45,876 nucleotides of DNA from a virus. Shown piece by piece: positions 17,770 through 27,029 of this stretch (positions are counted from its first letter, which is position 1; every line of letters begins with the position of its first letter). The notes below the pieces were generated by a model. It was not told the origin of the DNA, searched no databases, and worked only from the letters and a program-made list of their open reading frames with translations. A program made the position numbers and the translations under genes. The stretch lies in the IMG/VR virus record IMGVR_UViG_3300045612_000232. The stretch is one strand, 5' to 3'.

Positions 17770-20700
17770 TACATTCTCTTCTTAGCTTGTTCAAGTTGAT
17801 TAAAGAAGCTATTCACCATGTCTTGTTGAGATGGATCGCCTTGGAACTCAATATCTTGTCCACCAAATTCAAACCGATAAGTAACAGTCTTAGATGATCC
17901 TGTCTCGATATTCGGCATCTTAATTTGCTGGATAGACGGAGCTTCGATATTTGGTGCAGAAATTTTCGGTGTTGGACCCCCGATAGAGCCTTTACTATCT
18001 AAACCGTCCAAAATTTCTTGCATCCACGCTTGAGATTCATTGCGACCAATCTTCGCATCAAATGCACCACTTGCAGATCCTCCATTTAATGCAGTTCGCA
18101 ATTGATTGTTCATTCGTGTGATTGCTTCATTCTTGAGTTCTTCAGCACGACCTTTTTCCATTCCGCCGGCGATCAACTGATCATAGAAGTTCTGAGCCAT
18201 TTGATTTTGACCGTCAGCCAATTGACCTAGACCTTTAGCCGTTTCAGCTGCTTGTGCCTTTCGCTCTTTATCCACCCGCGCCATAGCCTGTTCCCAAGTC
18301 TCAGCAACCTCCTCTGCCTCCTGTTTGGCAACACGACCAAGTTCACGGAAGCCATCGGCAGCTGATCCGCGAGCAGTCCGACCAATACGATCAACCGATT
18401 CATTCAGTTCATCCATTGATTTAACAGAGGCTTTACCCATGCTATCAACTGATGATTCAAGGTCATTTGCTGCCAATTGAGATTCATACCACGCTATCTT
18501 TGCAACATCACCAGAAGCATAGATTTTATCGGCCATATTGATTAATGCTTGCCTAACTTGCTGTGCTGATGCAGTGCCACTTTGCTGCATGATATTAAAT
18601 GCTTTAACCTGGGAATCAGCCATTTTGTTAGCTTCTTCTCTTGAGGTGATACCGAGTAACTTATATGCCTTTTCAACCTCAGAAATATTAGCAGGCAGTT
18701 TTCCGTTTACTTCATCTAGGTAACGCATACCCATTTCTACTTGTTTAGCTGATAAAACACCCTGCTTTTCAAATTCAATCAGTTTGGCTTTCGCAGCATC
18801 AATTTCAGCTGGGCTTTTTGCTTGATCCGCCCACTTTTGCCAAGCCTCATAAGTTAGCTCTGCTGCTTGTTTACCAGTTGCACCCATTAATTCAAGGTTT
18901 TTGGTAAAGGTTTCTAAAGCTGTGGCTTTGGTGGTAAAGCCCTCAGAGACTCGATTTAAAGAAACATCAAGATCAACACCTAAAGCAGCAGCCGCTTTTC
19001 GTCCTTGAGCTAGTCGTGAATCTAAACTTACTACAGCAGCGCCTGCCTCTTGCTCAATCGCTTTGACAATCGCTTTGCCAGTTTTATCAAACTCAACTGC
19101 TAAACCTTGAGCTGCAATTTGCGCTTCAATGGTTTTTTTGGTTTGACTTGATAGAGCTACACCACCTTTGGTCGCTGCTTCGATTTGTGCCGAAGCCCAA
19201 TCCTGTGCTGCCTTGATTTTTTCATCACTGATTTTTTTACTTTCAGCCTGATAAGCTTTCTCTTTCTTATCAAGTTCAGCAAGTCCTGCAACTGCTGCAT
19301 CAATCGCTGATTGATCACCTGATTTTCTTGCATCAACTAATTGCTGTTGCAGCTTGATACGCTCATCACTAATCGCTTTATAGTCAGAGACATGTTGAGC
19401 TTCTTGCGCTTTTAGATCAGTGAGTGTTTTTTGGTTGTTGGCAACACGTTCAGCATTCTTTTCATCTTGGGTTAAACCAATCTGACGTATTGCTTCAACA
19501 CCAGCCGATTTAAACTCCATCGCTGCATCGGATGATTTCTTGTAATACTCCTGTGCTTTCGCACTCATTACTTCAAAATCTTTCAAAGCCTGTGCAGAAG
19601 TATCACCAAAAGTTATTTTTGATTTCCAGTAGCTAAATGCACCTGCAGCATCATAAGCAGCACCAATAATTAAATTGATACCTATATTAATTGCTTTAAA
19701 ACCATCACTAAGAAAACCAAATACAACATTTACAGCCTGAAGTGCTTTAGTAAAGCCATTGGTTTTGTCTGATGCTGAATCAATTCCACTAGAAAAATTG
19801 AATATTTGCCCAAGAGTCGTGTTAATTACGTCAACTGTAGTTTCAAATACTGTGCCGACCGTAGCACCAAGAGATTTAATCGCATCGTATGCAGATAACA
19901 ACGCAGTTTTAAGTGCTTCAATAGTCTGAGGATCAATCTTTTTAAGTTGATCACCAAACCATACAAATCCGTCACCAATATCGCTTAAAAGAACTTCAAC
20001 AATATTTAAATTATCGGCAATAGTTGATAGCCATTGAGCCACTGTTGCACTTGCACCATTGGCCTGATCCATCTCACCAATGAGAATCTGCCAAGACGTT
20101 GCGATTTTTTGGAGTGCATTACTAATGGTAGTTGGCATTTCAGCATATTGAGCGTCAACACCCGCTTTCTGTTTTTCCAGTGCTGCAAGTACACGTTCCG
20201 CACTGAGTTCTCCATTCTCAGCCATAGCACGGAGTTCGCCAGTGGTTTTACCCAAGCCTTTTGCAAGTGCTTCTGCTAAACCGTAACCACCCTCCATGAT
20301 GCTGTTAAATTCTTCACCACGAAGCACACCACCTTGCATTGCTTGAATAAACTGAGTGACTGCTGCTTCTGCTTCTTGCGTACTGCTACCGCCTAACTGA
20401 ATCGCTTTAGTGACGGTGCTGGTCATATCAAGTGCAAATTGCTGGGATTTCCCCATATCCTTTGCAACTGTATTTAAACGAGTGAACAGTGCCCCAGTGT
20501 TATCAAGCGTTGAGTTTGTTTGCAGTGCGATTTGATGTACGCCTGAAATGGCTTGTTCAAAGTTCCCACTATCTTTAGTTGACTGTTGGATCTTCGCTGA
20601 AAGCATTGCATAGCTATCTGCTGCTTCTGCAAGTTCCTTTACGCCCAAACCAACACCTAGCGCAGCCATAGCACCTACAAGCGCATTTACCGCAAACTTT

Positions 20701-20777
20701 GCACCATTGATTCCTTGATCAAAGCCTGAAGTATTGGCTTGTAAGTTCAATAAGAAATCTAAACTGTTTGAAGCCAT
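17769..20777 (-). CDS. Tail tape measure protein (1002 aa)
   Basis: Very long Ala/Gln/Lys/Glu-rich protein of helical character, downstream of the tail tube and chaperone genes. Confidence 0.9.
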   Translation of the reverse strand: MASNSLDFLLNLQANTSGFDQGINGAKFAVNALVGAMAALGVGLGVKELAEAADSYAMLSAKIQQSTKDSGNFEQAISGVHQIALQTNSTLDNTGALFTRLNTVAKDMGKSQQFALDMTSTVTKAIQLGGSSTQEAEAAVTQFIQAMQGGVLRGEEFNSIMEGGYGLAEALAKGLGKTTGELRAMAENGELSAERVLAALEKQKAGVDAQYAEMPTTISNALQKIATSWQILIGEMDQANGASATVAQWLSTIADNLNIVEVLLSDIGDGFVWFGDQLKKIDPQTIEALKTALLSAYDAIKSLGATVGTVFETTVDVINTTLGQIFNFSSGIDSASDKTNGFTKALQAVNVVFGFLSDGFKAINIGINLIIGAAYDAAGAFSYWKSKITFGDTSAQALKDFEVMSAKAQEYYKKSSDAAMEFKSAGVEAIRQIGLTQDEKNAERVANNQKTLTDLKAQEAQHVSDYKAISDERIKLQQQLVDARKSGDQSAIDAAVAGLAELDKKEKAYQAESKKISDEKIKAAQDWASAQIEAATKGGVALSSQTKKTIEAQIAAQGLAVEFDKTGKAIVKAIEQEAGAAVVSLDSRLAQGRKAAAALGVDLDVSLNRVSEGFTTKATALETFTKNLELMGATGKQAAELTYEAWQKWADQAKSPAEIDAAKAKLIEFEKQGVLSAKQVEMGMRYLDEVNGKLPANISEVEKAYKLLGITSREEANKMADSQVKAFNIMQQSGTASAQQVRQALINMADKIYASGDVAKIAWYESQLAANDLESSVDSMGKASVKSMDELNESVDRIGRTARGSAADGFRELGRVAKQEAEEVAETWEQAMARVDKERKAQAAETAKGLGQLADGQNQMAQNFYDQLIAGGMEKGRAEELKNEAITRMNNQLRTALNGGSASGAFDAKIGRNESQAWMQEILDGLDSKGSIGGPTPKISAPNIEAPSIQQIKMPNIETGSSKTVTYRFEFGGQDIEFQGDPSQQDMVNSFFNQLEQAKKRM

Positions 20778-20797
20778 CTTATTTTCCTACAGATATG

Positions 20798-20820
20798 AAA
20801 AAGCCACCCGTAGGTGGCGC
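20798..20820 (-). terminator. Intrinsic terminator between the antirepressor gene and the tape-measure start
   Basis: Minus strand reads gccacc-tacg-ggtggc followed by tttttcat. Confidence 0.6.
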
Positions 20821-20829
20821 TGGATTTGC

Positions 20830-21357
20830 CTAGTCTTGGTTGTCGTCAAAGTCTAATTTATGCTGTGTCTGTTGGATCAATTCATCTAGCTCACGAATCA
20901 TCGCAGGCTTTGTTTGCTTGCCATTAACACTTAAAAAGCGACCACATGCCGATAAGGCATTTGTCATTTGTTCTATCTCAAGCCAAAGCTTGGCAATTTG
21001 TACTTGCAAGCCGCTTTGCATCTGACGAGCCAATTCCTCTTGCTCGATATAGTATTTTCGTATCTCATGACCTCTTCCATTGCGCTCCATCATTCCTAGA
21101 TGCTTAGTCATATCCACCGAGATAATGTATTCAATTAGGGTAGCGTTATTGGCTTCCATTTTTTGGTGGAGGCGAACGTAATCAAACCCCTCTTCAAATC
21201 CACACTGGGAGATTCTGCGCTTAATCCATGTTGAAAAGTCCTGCTTGCTCTCTAGCATTTTGTGCAGGTCACGGGCATTTACACCCAACTGGACTTTTCC
21301 ATTTAATTCAACTTCGACAAATGGAGTTTGGTTTTCAATTTTTACAATTGCATTCAT
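20830..21357 (-). CDS. AntA/AntB-type antirepressor-domain protein (175 aa)
   Basis: 'VNARDLHKMLESKQDFSTWIKRRISQCGFEEGFDY' and 'ISVDMTKHLGMMERNGRGHEIRKYYIEQE' fit the AntA pattern. ATG at 21357 has a GGAG RBS. Confidence 0.7.
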   Translation of the reverse strand: MNAIVKIENQTPFVEVELNGKVQLGVNARDLHKMLESKQDFSTWIKRRISQCGFEEGFDYVRLHQKMEANNATLIEYIISVDMTKHLGMMERNGRGHEIRKYYIEQEELARQMQSGLQVQIAKLWLEIEQMTNALSACGRFLSVNGKQTKPAMIRELDELIQQTQHKLDFDDNQD

Positions 21358-21478
21358 TGATCTGCTCCGACTACTCATTAAAAAAAGAAACACTGGCAAG
21401 AAGATGCAATGAATAGTCGAAACGACCATCTTCCTTTCGGGGATCAGCCTAGCCAGTGGTGCGCCTGAATTTCAGGCA

Positions 21479-21504
21479 TAAAAAAACCTGCCACTAGGAC
21501 AGGT
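21479..21504 (-). terminator. Weak terminator-like hairpin
   Basis: Minus strand reads acctg-(9 nt)-caggt followed by ttttttt. Confidence 0.4.
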
Positions 21505-21546
21505 TCGGTTAAAACGTATTACGGCTTGTTGGGTGAATTAGGTATT

Positions 21547-21574
21547 AAAAAACCCGCACTTGGCGGGTTTATTT
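21547..21574. terminator. Bidirectional intrinsic terminator after the DUF4124-like gene
   Basis: aaaaaacccgc-acttg-gcgggtttattt. Confidence 0.7.
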
Positions 21575-21581
21575 AAGTTGG

Positions 21582-21980
21582 CTAGAAATCTTGAATTGTT
21601 GTTAATATGTCATTTTTAAAATACAGGTATTTTGTCAATCCTGGTCTTACGCGATATACCCATTGTTCACTTGTTCCATTAACACTTGTTGTCACATTTT
21701 CCTTATCAGGATAACCCCAACTTGATTTATATGCTTCTGTTTTTGTCATTCCTATTTTAGGTTCTTTTCTAGCTGCCCATTCTGCCTCGCGCTGCTCTCT
21801 TGCAGCCTGTGCGCTTTTATACTCATTTTGTTTCTTTCTTATAGCGTCCGCCTGCTCCTTGCTTCCAGTACACGGTTTGTCTTGAAACAATAAACTACCA
21901 CCAACTTTGCACTGATAAACCTGAGCAATGGCAAATTGCGAGATTAACGAAACCCCAACTGCAAATAAAATCTTTTTCAT
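21582..21980 (-). CDS. Secreted DUF4124-like protein (signal peptide)
   Basis: 'MKKILFAVGVSLISQFAIAQV' looks like a signal peptide. 'YQCKVGGSLLFQDKPC' resembles the DUF4124 N-terminal motif. Confidence 0.6.
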   Translation of the reverse strand: MKKILFAVGVSLISQFAIAQVYQCKVGGSLLFQDKPCTGSKEQADAIRKKQNEYKSAQAAREQREAEWAARKEPKIGMTKTEAYKSSWGYPDKENVTTSVNGTSEQWVYRVRPGLTKYLYFKNDILTTIQDF

Positions 21981-22048
21981 GATGTTATCCAATTGTTATT
22001 AATACACTCAATTTAACAAATGGTCGAAATGAAGTCATTAAAAAATTC

Positions 22049-22246
22049 TCATCTTCTTTTTACTTCCCAGTCCACAGCATGATTTCCATTATCGCAATCA
22101 TGGCTCACACATTCACCTTTATGATTGACTTGAATTGGACCACATCCCTCACAAATAACAGTTGCTAGATAGTTCGGTTTACATTCGTTAATGAAGCCGT
22201 TTTTCATGTTGTAAGTTTTGGCGCATTGAGCGCAATATTCAGCCAT
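22049..22246 (-). CDS. Cys-rich small protein (65 aa), putative zinc ribbon
   Basis: CxxC at 'CAQC' and 'CEGC', plus three further Cys and several His. Confidence 0.5.
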   Translation of the reverse strand: MAEYCAQCAKTYNMKNGFINECKPNYLATVICEGCGPIQVNHKGECVSHDCDNGNHAVDWEVKRR

Positions 22247-22281
22247 ATCAGCATCTTGTTGTTTTTAGTGGTGTATTTATA

Positions 22282-22845
22282 TCACCCATCCAAACCTCTT
22301 ACAAACTTATCAAAATCATTATTTTTGGCACTGGCAGCACGAGTTGCTATAGCAATCGTTTTTAATCTTTGCGACTCACATCTTTGAGCTGCTTTTAAAT
22401 ACCCAGTAAAAGCACCATACGACATATTTAAAATATCATCTTGCCTGTGGCCGTTTGAAATAAGGCGCTGAAACAAATCAAACCAAGAATATTTTTTTTG
22501 ATTTTCTCTTTGCTGTTTTTTCGGTTTTTCTTCCTTAAAATACGCTTCATTCACCTGAATGATTTTTAAAATCAGATCAGCAATAGCATCCTGATTCCCG
22601 ATATGTTTTGAGAAAGTCTCTGGATCAAGTGAAGTGACCAAAGAACAAAGGCCCATGATCTGAATAATGCTTGTAAGAATAATTGGCTTGATTGTTTCTA
22701 TTGAATAACTTTCCAGTTTCTTTATTGGATCAGCAAAGTAAGCAAACTGGTTTAGATTCTTAACCTGTATCTGCTTAATCTCAATATTCTGATCAATGAA
22801 TACGTGTGGCAATGATTCATTGTTTAAAAGAAAAAAGTCATTCAT
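22282..22845 (-). CDS. Putative tail assembly chaperone (187 aa)
   Basis: Directly downstream of the tail tube gene. ATG at 22845 has an AGGAA RBS. No canonical G/GT frameshift product found. Confidence 0.5.
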   Translation of the reverse strand: MNDFFLLNNESLPHVFIDQNIEIKQIQVKNLNQFAYFADPIKKLESYSIETIKPIILTSIIQIMGLCSLVTSLDPETFSKHIGNQDAIADLILKIIQVNEAYFKEEKPKKQQRENQKKYSWFDLFQRLISNGHRQDDILNMSYGAFTGYLKAAQRCESQRLKTIAIATRAASAKNNDFDKFVRGLDG

Positions 22846-22911
22846 AGAAAAATTCCTAATGCACAGGCACAAAAAAAGACGCTGATGCGCCCCTGTGCCT
22901 GCAAGTGTTGC

Positions 22912-23664
22912 TTAAACTGGTGCTGCAATCTGCACGACACGACCAAACAAGCCAAGACTTGAGTCGCTGCCTTTCTCTGCATCAGATAACGCCATGCCGC
23001 TGATTTCATAAGAACCAAGTTCTTCATGAATCAATGGGAATGTAGCTGAAGCATCTTTTTTAGTACGCCACAACTTCACTTCGACTTTGCTATTGTCTAC
23101 TGTGTTAATACCACGGAAAGTAAGTTCGTACTCTTTACTGTCTTGGTCATTGATTGTGGTAACTGAAGCTGCACCTGCGGTAAAGTCAGCAGTCAACGGC
23201 ATGGTTAGACCAGTTACATCACTTAGAGTTACTGTGCCGAAAGCTGCATCAACTTTATATTTTGATTCATTAACAACAACTGGCGTTCCTGTTGAATCTT
23301 TGATAACCACATTCGACACATTGTAGCCACCCAAAGCAACTTCTTGGCCTACAGCAACCGTGCCGAGGTTCTTGGCTGTCACCGTTCCGCCTGCAATGGA
23401 AGTTGCCTGACCATTAAGAATATAAGCAATATTTTCTTTGCTTGCTTCTTCCAAAGTGCCGCTGAATTTTACACTACGAGTTCTTGTCATCATAAAATCA
23501 GTGGTGCGCTGACCCGTTGTAGACTCTTGGTGTTCGATCACATCGCCATCCAATTCAATCTCGAAATCTGGCGCATTTCCCACATGACGAGCTGCCCCAG
23601 CAACACCTGCAACAATCGGCGATAAATACAATTTACCCTGCAACGAAATATACTGTTTAGCCAT
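22912..23664 (-). CDS. Major tail tube protein (250 aa)
   Basis: Assigned by position between the connector genes and the chaperone/tape measure, and by Gly/Thr/Val-rich, beta-like composition. Confidence 0.6.
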   Translation of the reverse strand: MAKQYISLQGKLYLSPIVAGVAGAARHVGNAPDFEIELDGDVIEHQESTTGQRTTDFMMTRTRSVKFSGTLEEASKENIAYILNGQATSIAGGTVTAKNLGTVAVGQEVALGGYNVSNVVIKDSTGTPVVVNESKYKVDAAFGTVTLSDVTGLTMPLTADFTAGAASVTTINDQDSKEYELTFRGINTVDNSKVEVKLWRTKKDASATFPLIHEELGSYEISGMALSDAEKGSDSSLGLFGRVVQIAAPV

Positions 23665-23821
23665 TGGCTTTTACCTCTTTAGTTGATTTTGGCTCTGTTT
23701 TGACTTCAATAATCAAACCATCGCTTAATAGTTTTTCGATCTGCACTTGTGGCAAATCCCCGATTGTGTCGCCCTTTGACCACGGGCCGACTGGTTTTAA
23801 TGCTTTATATCGCTTGGTCAT
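23657..23821 (-). CDS. Small hypothetical protein (54 aa, MTKRYKALKPVGPW...)
   Basis: ATG at 23821 has a GAGG RBS. The upstream part of the track ORF overlaps the preceding gene. Confidence 0.5.
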   Translation of the reverse strand: MTKRYKALKPVGPWSKGDTIGDLPQVQIEKLLSDGLIIEVKTEPKSTKEVKANG

Positions 23822-23828
23822 AAATACC

Positions 23829-24272
23829 TCATGTAAAAACTTGTATTTCAAACATAAATGGAAAATATGCAAAGCCTGGTGAGCTTCCGATTCGCACTGG
23901 AGAATTTGCTCGCTTAAACATTCGATAACCTGCGACTTGAGGATTGAATCCCTGCAGTGTGTCCAGTAGATTTCGAATGAATGGATCTGCTTCTTTACGC
24001 AGTGAGTTTGTATTTTGCAATTGAGCGCCCGCATCTCGAATACATAGCACGACTAACCATTGCTGAAATACTGTTGCAGAACTTCCATTGCCCACACTTT
24101 CACTAACACGATCATCAAAATAAATCACACTGACTGAGGGTGCATTATTTGAACCTTCAAGCATTGCCTCTATCGTAAATGGCGTATTAACTTCTACAAG
24201 TTCAGGCATATCTGTTTGAATTCGATCGACCAAAACAGGCTCAACTGCGAAGTAATCTTGAATTATCGTCAT
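23829..24272 (-). CDS. Neck / tail-completion protein (147 aa)
   Basis: Position within the head-tail connector block. Confidence 0.5.
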   Translation of the reverse strand: MTIIQDYFAVEPVLVDRIQTDMPELVEVNTPFTIEAMLEGSNNAPSVSVIYFDDRVSESVGNGSSATVFQQWLVVLCIRDAGAQLQNTNSLRKEADPFIRNLLDTLQGFNPQVAGYRMFKRANSPVRIGSSPGFAYFPFMFEIQVFT

Positions 24273-24274
24273 AG

Positions 24275-24661
24275 TTACACCACAAAAATTCCAGTACCAA
24301 ATAGGTGTGTTGGTTGGTCATCCTGCACAGGAAAATTCAAAACAGCTTTGCCAGTTGCAATGTTCTTAAGCCAACTCATCACATCTTCGTAATCAAGCCG
24401 AACAATTTCCGTAGGCTTGTCCTTATACAAGTAATACCGTGCAACAACAGCGACTGCGCGCTTAACTGGTTCAGTAGTAACAGGTAAAGGTAAGGGATAT
24501 TGAACAGCAATATAGCCATTCACCATTTCTACAGCATCCGAAATGGCTTGTTCGGATGTTGTTGGGTTAGCTCCATCTGTTTTGGCAATATTGCGTTCAA
24601 GTCTGACAATTTCAGTTTCACCAAAACGACCAATAAGCTCATCCCGTGTTAAGTAAGACAT
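24275..24661 (-). CDS. Head-tail adaptor, DUF1320 / Mu gp36-like
   Basis: N-terminal 'SYLTRDELIGRFGETEIVRL' is the typical DUF1320 opening. Confidence 0.6.
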   Translation of the reverse strand: MSYLTRDELIGRFGETEIVRLERNIAKTDGANPTTSEQAISDAVEMVNGYIAVQYPLPLPVTTEPVKRAVAVVARYYLYKDKPTEIVRLDYEDVMSWLKNIATGKAVLNFPVQDDQPTHLFGTGIFVV

Positions 24662-25132
24662 TTAATCCACCACTCTATATGTTATTGATTGTCTCAATTG
24701 GCCAGTGTCTATTAATGGCTTGCTGCTTCCTTTACGCTTAATTGTTTGAGCTTTCAACGGCGTAAATTTGCCATTCACCATGTACATCTGCACATCTGCC
24801 GCAGCTTGCATACCTAAAACCTGCTTAATCTTTGTAGGGGTTGTTCTAAGTAGAAGTAAGTCCTTTACCTCTCCCAACAAATATTTGCCATATTTACCTT
24901 GGTTCAGTGTGATTGATGCACGTAGAAACGATCGCTCTGGAATTTTGCGGCTAGGTGCACCATATTCATGAATTGCCGCGAGATCAGGCATCGTGATTGA
25001 ACGTTTACCGCTATGCATCCCAAAAGCTCCAATCTCAACCTTTCCCAGAAACTTATTCGCCTGTTTTTGGAATTGTTTTAGAATCCAACTTGGATTTTCT
25101 GACATTTCAACTTTGACTTTGAACATAGCCAC
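24662..25132 (-). CDS. HK97 gp10-family head-tail connector protein
   Basis: 'IHEYGAPSRKIPERSFL' resembles the gp10-family (E/F)G...IPARPF motif. Confidence 0.6.
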   Translation of the reverse strand: MAMFKVKVEMSENPSWILKQFQKQANKFLGKVEIGAFGMHSGKRSITMPDLAAIHEYGAPSRKIPERSFLRASITLNQGKYGKYLLGEVKDLLLLRTTPTKIKQVLGMQAAADVQMYMVNGKFTPLKAQTIKRKGSSKPLIDTGQLRQSITYRVVD

Positions 25133-25142
25133 CTAGCCTTTA

Positions 25143-25487
25143 TTACTTAGCAGCTGCTAACTTTGCTTGCAGATCTTCAAGTGATTCATCATCACTAAAT
25201 TCGACATTAAGCTCGGTCAATTTGGCTTTTACTTCCAGCAATTCAGCTTCACGTTTTGCCTTAGCTGCTGTATCAGCTTTACCACTTGGCTTAGTTTTCT
25301 TAACCTCAGATATGAACAATTCACCTGATTTTTCTAAAGCGTTAAAAACAGGATGATCGACTAAAGCTTCATGTTGCTCATTAGTGATTTCAACTTCTTC
25401 GCCTTTCGGCAATACAACTGCACCGAATTTGGTACGTGCTGATAGGCGACCCATTTCACCCTGATATGTATATTTCGGCATTTTCAT
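25143..25487 (-). CDS. Hypothetical head-module protein (114 aa) with a Lys/Ala/Glu-rich C-terminus
   Basis: Position only. Confidence 0.55.
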   Translation of the reverse strand: MKMPKYTYQGEMGRLSARTKFGAVVLPKGEEVEITNEQHEALVDHPVFNALEKSGELFISEVKKTKPSGKADTAAKAKREAELLEVKAKLTELNVEFSDDESLEDLQAKLAAAK

Positions 25488-25499
25488 TGCTCCAAAAAT

Positions 25500-25531
25500 G
25501 ACTAAAGCCGCGTAATTGCGGCTATTTAGTC
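25500..25531 (-). terminator. Hairpin / partial terminator after the major capsid gene
   Basis: Minus strand reads gactaaatagccgc-aattac-gcggctttagtc followed by atttt. Confidence 0.6.
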
Positions 25532-25551
25532 ATGATTTATAAATTGCTTAA

Positions 25552-26547
25552 TTAAGTTTTAGGAACGTCCATATAGCGCAAGCTATCAACACGTTTGAGC
25601 CATACACCTTGATATAAGTAATAACCCGGTGTGAATAGATCAAGCCCATCAGCTTGAGGTGCTAAGAATTCCAACTCTTTTGGAATGCGCATTTCGATAC
25701 AAGCTGGATCACGACGATAAACAGTAATACGGCGAATACCACCCACCCCCATCGACTCTGTACGACTTGTTGCACGAATTGTGAGTTTTTTACCTTCAAG
25801 TGCAAGTAAATTATTTTTTGAAACCCATTCAAAAATAGTGGTCTCTAAATTATCAGCGATACGTCGTTGAGTCAGAATACGCATTAAGCTCGTTGGAAGA
25901 ATCATCGTATCTGGAGTGATTGCGGGATTGAATTCACTTGCTTCAATCGCATCAGACAAGATGTCATTAATGTCTGCAAGGATTTCATCCGGTGTTGCAG
26001 TTTCCCATGCCTTTAATGCAGTCTGAACATTAACCCCAGTTTGGTTAAACAAACCACGCAAACCTAGATTAAGATCACCCACCCAAGCAATACGCGACAT
26101 ATGCTTTTCAAAACCCAAACGAGCAGCTTGGATCTTGTCAGCTTCAAGAGTGATACCGGCTTGAGATGCTGTGGCCAATTCAAGAATTGAATATTGATAA
26201 CCAATTGAGCCAGAACGAACGCCTAGATCCACGTTGTCGTAGAATACTTCAGCTAATGGAATGTCATTACCCGTACCGCTATGGTCCTGACCTTCACCTA
26301 CGCCGTTTTTACGTTGTAATGTGTGTTTGGTCCCCACCACTGCAGGGAAATTTGATTTCACTGGAATATACGAAGCGTATTCAGTTGCTTCAGTCATTTG
26401 TGGTGTCATTTCATTACTTGTTTCTAATTGAACAAGTAAAGTCACCAAATTTTTAAGATTAAATGCATCACCCGCCTGAGCTTGCATAATTGGTGCAACA
26501 CCACCAAACAGGGCGAGCTTTCGATTAATTAGTTGTTCACGATTCAT
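25552..26547 (-). CDS. Major capsid protein (DUF2184-type, 331 aa)
   Basis: Size and position after the scaffold and decoration genes. Belongs to the portal(DUF1073)-DUF2213-DUF2184 head-module arrangement. Confidence 0.7.
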   Translation of the reverse strand: MNREQLINRKLALFGGVAPIMQAQAGDAFNLKNLVTLLVQLETSNEMTPQMTEATEYASYIPVKSNFPAVVGTKHTLQRKNGVGEGQDHSGTGNDIPLAEVFYDNVDLGVRSGSIGYQYSILELATASQAGITLEADKIQAARLGFEKHMSRIAWVGDLNLGLRGLFNQTGVNVQTALKAWETATPDEILADINDILSDAIEASEFNPAITPDTMILPTSLMRILTQRRIADNLETTIFEWVSKNNLLALEGKKLTIRATSRTESMGVGGIRRITVYRRDPACIEMRIPKELEFLAPQADGLDLFTPGYYLYQGVWLKRVDSLRYMDVPKT

Positions 26548-26550
26548 GTA

Positions 26551-27018
26551 TTAAGCCCCGCGTAATTGAACAATAGCCATGCCATCAGCATTGGAAATGC
26601 AATCCCAAGTAGCACCGACTAATTCAGTGCCATCTGTTGCACTTGTTTGATATGAACCCAATGGGTTGTTAGTGGTTGCATTCGCTGTGCGAACGTAAAC
26701 CTTGCCACCTGTGGCTGTAATTGGAACCGCGGGTTTTACCCAGATTCGACCGACTCGCATGATCGGCGGCACATCGTATTGTTGATATGCTTCTTTGCCA
26801 CTTGAATCAGTACCGTTCTTGCCGATGTGTTGATGCACAACGATACCGATAGGACGCAAGCCACCCCCAACGACAGAACAACGAACGCCGTCACCTGCAT
26901 CACAAGCGACTTGGCCATCATTTAAAGTGCCTGCCCCTGCCATTGGCATAGAACGCACATCTTCAGGCGTACTTTTAAGGCGTTGCCCGACTACCGCCAC
27001 TTTTGAATTAAGCTGCAT
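26551..27018 (-). CDS. Putative head decoration / cement protein (155 aa)
   Basis: Gly-rich protein between the scaffold and capsid genes. Confidence 0.4.
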   Translation of the reverse strand: MQLNSKVAVVGQRLKSTPEDVRSMPMAGAGTLNDGQVACDAGDGVRCSVVGGGLRPIGIVVHQHIGKNGTDSSGKEAYQQYDVPPIMRVGRIWVKPAVPITATGGKVYVRTANATTNNPLGSYQTSATDGTELVGATWDCISNADGMAIVQLRGA

Positions 27019-27029
27019 TTATTAGCTCC

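Noticed and set aside
22492-22499. A8 run (CAA AAA AAA TAT, i.e. an A_AAA_AAA heptamer in frame) in the putative tail chaperone as the canonical G/GT -1 frameshift site
   Set aside because: A -1 slip reaches TGA after four codons (IFLV*). This gives a shorter rather than an extended product, and no downstream T-like ORF follows, only moron genes. It is not a canonical chaperone frameshift.
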